From assembly GCA_037441285.1 (NCBI GenBank), contig JBBISL010000015.1, forward strand, positions 1 through 44,679: a stretch of DNA of 44,679 nucleotides, in the 5' to 3' direction. Below the pieces are notes generated by a model. The model saw only the letters and a list, made by a program, of their open reading frames with translations, searched no databases and was not told the origin of the DNA. The stretch comes from a candidate division WOR-3 bacterium. GTDB taxonomy: Bacteria > Hydrothermota > Tepidihabitantia > Tepidihabitantales > Tepidihabitantaceae. Of the stretch, positions 39,911 to 44,679 are shown in pieces. Numbering within the stretch: position 1 is the stretch's first letter; every line of letters begins with the position of its first letter. The position numbers and the translations under genes are program-made.

Positions 39911-41458
39911 GTGAAGAAGTTATTAACCCCGCTTGCCCTTGCTTTGACATTTCTCACCCTGTTTTTACTTTTGCCCTCCCCCCGTTACAATACCGACGGC
40001 TTCCGCGTCCTTTCCACTTTACACCGGGTGACAATCACCCCCTCGGGCACAACACAATTTGTCCCACTTAACTGGCAAACCGCCGATCTACGACCCGAGT
40101 ACTTCCGCCAGAATGTCCAGAAACATTTTCTGTTTCCCCTCTACGCTCATAACGCCTACCGCATCTTCCGGCTGTTCAAATATCAAGGCAACGGTGTAAA
40201 GCCCCTGCAGATTGCAAACGCCTTTTGTGCCGCTATTACCATTTTTCTCTTCGCCCTGCTCCTCTTAACTCAATCCTGCCCGCTCCCCACGGTAATCATC
40301 GCCACCCTGGGTTTGGGCTTCTCCGCCGCATTTTCCGCGCAAGCCACCAACATCGCCGAAGTAATTCCCGCAGCACCTCTGCTTGTCTTGACGCTTTTCC
40401 TGTTAGAAAAAAGAAAATACTTTAGCGCTGCAATTTGCCTCGGCATCAGCGCCGGTTTTTACCTTTTGTCTCTGCTTGTTTTACCATTTCTCATTTTACT
40501 ATCGCTCCGGCAAACCCCGCGCCGCATTCCGCTCTCCCTTCTTATCACCCCACCCATCACCACCCTCTTCATCTACCTCGCCGTTCTTATCTCTGCCGGC
40601 ACAAAAAACCTCGAAAACCTCCTGACCGCAATTTTCTTTCTACCGGAACAGGGCACATTTGGCGGCTTCAAACTTTCCAACCTCATCTCAACCCCGCTCG
40701 GCTTTGTATCAAGCCTCTTTTCGGCACTTCCTGACAACTTCGCCGGCATTAAATCCGCACTTGCCACCCGAAACCCGCACCCCTTCTTACTTATTACATT
40801 AATCATTGCCGGTATCCTGCTTCTCACCCTCACCCTGCTTGCCGCCCGCAACAAACCTGGCACCGCCCTGCTCATCACCAGTCTGGTCACCGCCCTTTTC
40901 TGGGACCCTTACCACCAGAAAATCTGGCTCTATGCGGTTATCGGCTTCTGGCTTGTTCTTGCCCAAATCCGGCACTTCCGCCTGCCCCTTTTTCTTATCA
41001 CCCTTATCTCAATCCCGTTGAACTTAAACGCCCTTATCAAAAATCACCAACCTTACCTTAAATGGCAAACCGCGCAAAAACTGGCTAACTTTGTCATTCT
41101 CGAACACGAGCCCGGTAAAGCGAAAACCGTTTTCGGCAACTGGGAACCGGAGTTTGACTACCTCACCGCATTTCTGCCCGACACCTGTCTTATCTCAATA
41201 CCCGACCTCATCCTTGAAGTCAAGCGCGACTCCAGCCGCTTCCGCACCACGATTGACTCCATCCAGCAGACCCGTCAAACCGGCACCATCTACTTCGTCA
41301 ACACATTTAACCGTTCTCAACAACAACTGGAAACTTTATACCGGCGCCGCTTAAAATTCCCTTACCTCCTCACCTGGCTGGGAAACCATCGCCCGTTTAT
41401 CCAGCCCTTATGGCACGACCCGGCAACCAGCACCACCCTTTACCGCCTCACCAATTAA
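39911..41458 (+). CDS. Polytopic membrane protein, possibly a GT-C-fold glycosyltransferase
   Basis: About 10-11 TM segments; acidic NTDG after TM1; KHFLF and TNIAEV loops; soluble C-terminal domain. Confidence 0.5.
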   Translation: MKKLLTPLALALTFLTLFLLLPSPRYNTDGFRVLSTLHRVTITPSGTTQFVPLNWQTADLRPEYFRQNVQKHFLFPLYAHNAYRIFRLFKYQGNGVKPLQIANAFCAAITIFLFALLLLTQSCPLPTVIIATLGLGFSAAFSAQATNIAEVIPAAPLLVLTLFLLEKRKYFSAAICLGISAGFYLLSLLVLPFLILLSLRQTPRRIPLSLLITPPITTLFIYLAVLISAGTKNLENLLTAIFFLPEQGTFGGFKLSNLISTPLGFVSSLFSALPDNFAGIKSALATRNPHPFLLITLIIAGILLLTLTLLAARNKPGTALLITSLVTALFWDPYHQKIWLYAVIGFWLVLAQIRHFRLPLFLITLISIPLNLNALIKNHQPYLKWQTAQKLANFVILEHEPGKAKTVFGNWEPEFDYLTAFLPDTCLISIPDLILEVKRDSSRFRTTIDSIQQTRQTGTIYFVNTFNRSQQQLETLYRRRLKFPYLLTWLGNHRPFIQPLWHDPATSTTLYRLTN

Positions 41459-41473
41459 CACCCGAACACCCGC

Positions 41474-41501
41474 TTGACCCCGCTTTCGTTTTCGTTAGAT
41501 T
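41474..41501 (+). promoter_or_regulatory. sucCD promoter (probably leaderless)
   Basis: TTGACC-16 nt-TAGATT; ATG 8 nt downstream; no SD. Confidence 0.6.
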
Positions 41502-41509
41502 TAACCTGT

Positions 41510-42649
41510 ATGAAAATCCATGAATATCAGGCTAAACAGATTTTTGCCCGGGCGGGAATTCCCACACCGCGCGAGCAGATGGTAAAATCACCGGATGAGG
41601 CAAAACAGGCGGCAATCGCAGTTGGCATTCCGGCGGTACTCAAAGCCCAGGTCCTGGTTGGTGGCAGGGGCAAAGCGGGTGGAATCAAACGGGTTGACCG
41701 GTTTGAAGATGTTCTGCCCACCGCCGAAAAAATCCTCGGTATGACCATCAAAGGCTTGAAAGTCACAAAACTCCTCGTCTCCGAATGCGTCCCAATCAAA
41801 TCCGAATTCTACCTCGGCATTACGGTTGACCGTGCTGCTCGGCAACCGGTTCTTATCGCATCTGCTGCCGGTGGCGTTGAAATTGAAGAGGTTGCAAAAA
41901 CCAGCCCGGAAAAAATTCTCAAGGCGGAAATTGACCCATTGCTCGGCATCCTGCCCTTTCAAACCCGCGCCATCGGCTTAAGGCTGCTCGGTGACCTGAA
42001 ACTGACCAGCACCTTCACCACCATCTGCCAGAAACTTTACCAGATATTTGTCCAGCGCGACTGCTCGCTGGTTGAAATCAACCCGCTGGTCTTAACCGAT
42101 GATGGCAAACTGCTCGCCCTGGATGCGAAAATCAACTTTGACGACAACGCCCTTTTCCGCCAGCCCGAAAACGAGGCGTTGCACGACCCGGAAAGTGAAG
42201 AACCCAAAGAGATTGAAGCAAAAGCCGCGGGTCTTTCTTACATCAAACTCTCCGGCAATGTTGGCTGCATTGTCAACGGTGCCGGTCTGGCAATGGCGAC
42301 GATGGACTTAATCAAACGGTATGGCGGTGAACCGGCAAACTTCCTTGATGTCGGTGGCTCCTCTTCACCCGAAAAGATGATAACCGCAATGCGCATCATC
42401 CTCTCCGACCCCAATGTCAAAGCGATTCTCGTCAACATCTTCGGCGGTATCACCCGCTGCGACGACATCGCTCAGGGGCTCATCGCTGCAACCGAGAAAG
42501 CCAACATCAAAGTACCGATTGTTGCCCGACTGGTTGGCACCAATGCCGAAAAGGCGTCTGCCCTGCTTGCCAATAGTCCGGTGCTCAGCGCCACCGGAAT
42601 GAGCGAAGCGGTCAGACTCGCGGTTCACAAGGCAAAGGAGGCAAGATGA
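41510..42649 (+). CDS. sucC: Succinyl-CoA synthetase beta subunit
   Basis: [47 protein letters not shown]. Confidence 0.97.
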   Translation: MKIHEYQAKQIFARAGIPTPREQMVKSPDEAKQAAIAVGIPAVLKAQVLVGGRGKAGGIKRVDRFEDVLPTAEKILGMTIKGLKVTKLLVSECVPIKSEFYLGITVDRAARQPVLIASAAGGVEIEEVAKTSPEKILKAEIDPLLGILPFQTRAIGLRLLGDLKLTSTFTTICQKLYQIFVQRDCSLVEINPLVLTDDGKLLALDAKINFDDNALFRQPENEALHDPESEEPKEIEAKAAGLSYIKLSGNVGCIVNGAGLAMATMDLIKRYGGEPANFLDVGGSSSPEKMITAMRIILSDPNVKAILVNIFGGITRCDDIAQGLIAATEKANIKVPIVARLVGTNAEKASALLANSPVLSATGMSEAVRLAVHKAKEAR

Positions 42650-43509
42650 GCATCCTGATTGACCAGAACACCCGCCTGATTGTTCAGGGCATTACCGGCA
42701 GAGACGGCGCCTTCCACGCCCGATTGATGAAGGAGTATGGCACACAGGTGGTTGGCGGTGTCACACCGGGCAAAGCCGGCCAGCAAGTTGAGGGCATACC
42801 GGTTTTCAACTCGGTTGCCGAAGCGGTCCGGGCAACCGAAGCCAACGCATCAATCATCTTTGTCCCCGCTAACTTCGCCGGTGATGCGCTACTCGAAGCG
42901 GTCTTTTCCGGCGTAAAACTAACCGTCTGTGTGACCGAAGGGGTACCGGTTCTTGATGCAATCAAGGCGATTACAGTTGCGAAAAACCGTGGCGTCCGGA
43001 TTGTTGGTCCCAACTGCCCTGGTGCAATTTCACCCGGAAAGGCAAAAGTCGGAATAATGCCCGCTGCCGCATTTCGGCCTGGACCGGTTGGCATCGTGTC
43101 CCGTTCCGGAACCCTGACCTATGAGATTGCCGCCAACACCGGCGAGTTCGGTCAATCAACCGTGATTGGCATCGGTGGCGACCCGGTAATCGGCACAAAC
43201 TTCATTGACTGCCTCAGGATGTTTCAGGACGACCCTGAAACTAAGGCGATTGTCATCGTTGGCGAGATTGGCGGCAGCGACGAAGAAAAGGCGGCACAGT
43301 TCGTACGGCAGTATGTGACAAAACCGGTGTTCGGCTTCATCGCGGGCCAAACCGCACCTCCGGACAAAAGGATGGGACATGCCGGTGCCATCATATCTGC
43401 CGGTTCCGGTACCGCCCAGGAAAAGATTCAGGCGTTTGAGTCCGCCGGCATTGAGGTCATCTACGAACCCGAACAACTGGCAGAAAAACTAAAGGCAAAG
43501 TTAACCTAA
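42646..43509 (+). CDS. sucD: Succinyl-CoA synthetase alpha subunit
   Basis: [27 protein letters not shown]. Confidence 0.97.
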   Translation: MSILIDQNTRLIVQGITGRDGAFHARLMKEYGTQVVGGVTPGKAGQQVEGIPVFNSVAEAVRATEANASIIFVPANFAGDALLEAVFSGVKLTVCVTEGVPVLDAIKAITVAKNRGVRIVGPNCPGAISPGKAKVGIMPAAAFRPGPVGIVSRSGTLTYEIAANTGEFGQSTVIGIGGDPVIGTNFIDCLRMFQDDPETKAIVIVGEIGGSDEEKAAQFVRQYVTKPVFGFIAGQTAPPDKRMGHAGAIISAGSGTAQEKIQAFESAGIEVIYEPEQLAEKLKAKLT

Positions 43510-43660
43510 CTTTTCTTGAGTAGCGGGCTTAACTTATAAACCGAGAAGCCGGTTCCACAACCCTTTCGGACATCCTCTTATAAAAAGAGTAGTAGAAAAA
43601 TCTTAAAATTTACCCCCAAATAATACCGATTATCCCCTATCCTGAACCATAGATTAGAAC

Positions 43661-43804
43661 CCTGGAGAGCACTCTCCGAATCACTCCTTAATTCACCCCC
43701 TAACTCATTCGGGCAACCAATCACCGACTCAATAGGTGAACCACTCCCTGAGTCGTTCCCTGACTCACTTCCCAAACCCTTTTTAGCGCCCTCTCTGACT
43801 TGAT
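43661..43804. repeat. Degenerate 12-bp tandem repeat (consensus about TCCCTGACTCAC)
   Basis: Units include tctccgaatcac, tccttaattcac, cccctaactcat, tcaccgactcaa, tccctgagtcgt and tccctgactcac. Confidence 0.6.
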
Positions 43805-44011
43805 TACTATCAGGAGCATTAAGAACGCATTTGCCTGTTAACCTGTTGATTACTAACCGGTTAAAAACTTAATGCCGATGAAATGCACTAACTGGTGAAG
43901 ATTCGGACAACCTTATTGCGCTGCTCTCAACCGCGCTGTTGTTAACTGAACCACCACCTACTTTATCCGATGTAAACCACTCCTTTTATTGTCTGGCGAA
44001 CCAGTCTTTTC

Positions 44012-44110
44012 TGTCATTGCGACTCTAATTCCCTTTCGCCGTTGAAAGCCTTCTCCCTTCTGTAATTCCAAGTCCGCCTCCCTTTTTGTCATTGCGAGCG
44101 TGGCAATCTA
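44012..44110. repeat. REP-like remnants (TGTCATTGCGA motif)
   Basis: TGTCATTGCGA at 44012 and 44087; the second continues GCGTGGCAATCT and can form a hairpin; variant TGTAATTCCAA at 44061. Confidence 0.4.
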
Positions 44111-44145
44111 TAATAAGATACCGCTTCCATCTTTCGCCCGCGCAC

Positions 44146-44178
44146 TAAATCAAAGGGGCGGGGATTTCCCCCGCCCCT
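44146..44178 (-). terminator. Rho-independent terminator
   Basis: GC-rich stem GGGGCGGGG/CCCCGCCCC with short loop followed by TTTGATTT. Confidence 0.8.
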
Positions 44179-44196
44179 ATTGCTGAAAATATGCCA

Positions 44197-44679
44197 CTAT
44201 CGCCCAATCACCGTAACATCGTTGGTGCCGTAATTACTCACATATACAAAGTCGCTATCGGGCAACACCGCCACATCTACCGGTTGGTCTCCAACCGTAA
44301 CGGTTTCCACAACCGTATTATCCGAAGTACGAATGATAGAAACAGCGTCATCATCCTGAGTTGCCACATACACATATTGACCATTGGGCAGTGCCGCCAC
44401 ACCACGGGGTCGGGTCCCAACCGCAACGGTTGCGACTACTGTGTTGTCCGAAGTCCGAATCACCGAAACGCGAGCTTGGTTGTTATTTGCCACATAAACA
44501 TACTCGCTGTTGGGCAATGCTGCCAAGCCGCGGGGACCACCGCCAACCGCCACTGTTGCCACAACGGTGTTGTCCGAAGTGCGAATCACAGATACATTGT
44601 TGCTTGTGTAATTTGACACATAAACATAATCGCCATTAGGCAATACCGCCAAAAAATAAGGAACGTATCCAACTGCAAC
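44197..44679 (-). CDS. YVTN/YncE-family beta-propeller repeat protein (5' end outside the window)
   Basis: Four ~42-aa repeats VAVG..P.G.A.LPN..YVYV.N...VSVIRTSDNTVVAT; frame open to the window edge. Confidence 0.85.
   Translation of the reverse strand, partial: VAVGYVPYFLAVLPNGDYVYVSNYTSNNVSVIRTSDNTVVATVAVGGGPRGLAALPNSEYVYVANNNQARVSVIRTSDNTVVATVAVGTRPRGVAALPNGQYVYVATQDDDAVSIIRTSDNTVVETVTVGDQPVDVAVLPDSDFVYVSNYGTNDVTVIGR

Noticed and set aside
43661..43804. CRISPR array
   Set aside because: Units are 12-bp and degenerate with no unique spacers, and there are no cas genes
44197..44679. 126-bp DNA repeats as a DGR template/variable pair or an array
   Set aside because: They are coding beta-propeller blades, differences are not adenine-restricted, and no reverse transcriptase is in view

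Overview
This is a gene-dense bacterial chromosome segment. Most genes are on the minus strand and the genetic code is standard, since many genes end at TGA. The gene content (C25 gingipain-like proteins and FlgD-Ig/T9SS-like C-terminal domains) suggests an FCB-affiliated diderm such as candidate division WOR-3; this is an inference. Right to left it contains a partial YVTN beta-propeller gene, sucCD, a GT-C-like membrane protein, the S10-spc ribosomal operon ending at rplF, tRNA-Glu, two convergent fabH paralogs, gap-pgk-tpiA, secG-rplU, tRNA-Val, a TPR protein, several exported proteins with T9SS-like tails, an XRE-HTH protein, and a translationally coupled eight-gene operon (pgsB-pgsC-pgsW, an exported protein, an outer-membrane barrel, an LVIVD protein, an atypical C25 protein and a YCF48-like protein). 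The top finding is that ORFs 17145..17726 and 15771..17039 are one reading frame broken by a single TGA in an Asn-Cys-UGA-Gly context. The TGA is followed by a hairpin with an fdhF-like AGGUCU apex, which makes this a candidate novel secreted selenoprotein of about 651 aa with a Cys-Sec motif. Other findings are a His-to-Trp C25 protein in the poly-gamma-glutamate operon, a homopolymer patch in pgsC, a consistent 16-nt promoter spacer, probable leaderless mRNAs, and two related 12-bp-period intergenic tracts. All calls come from reading the sequence; no database searches were run.
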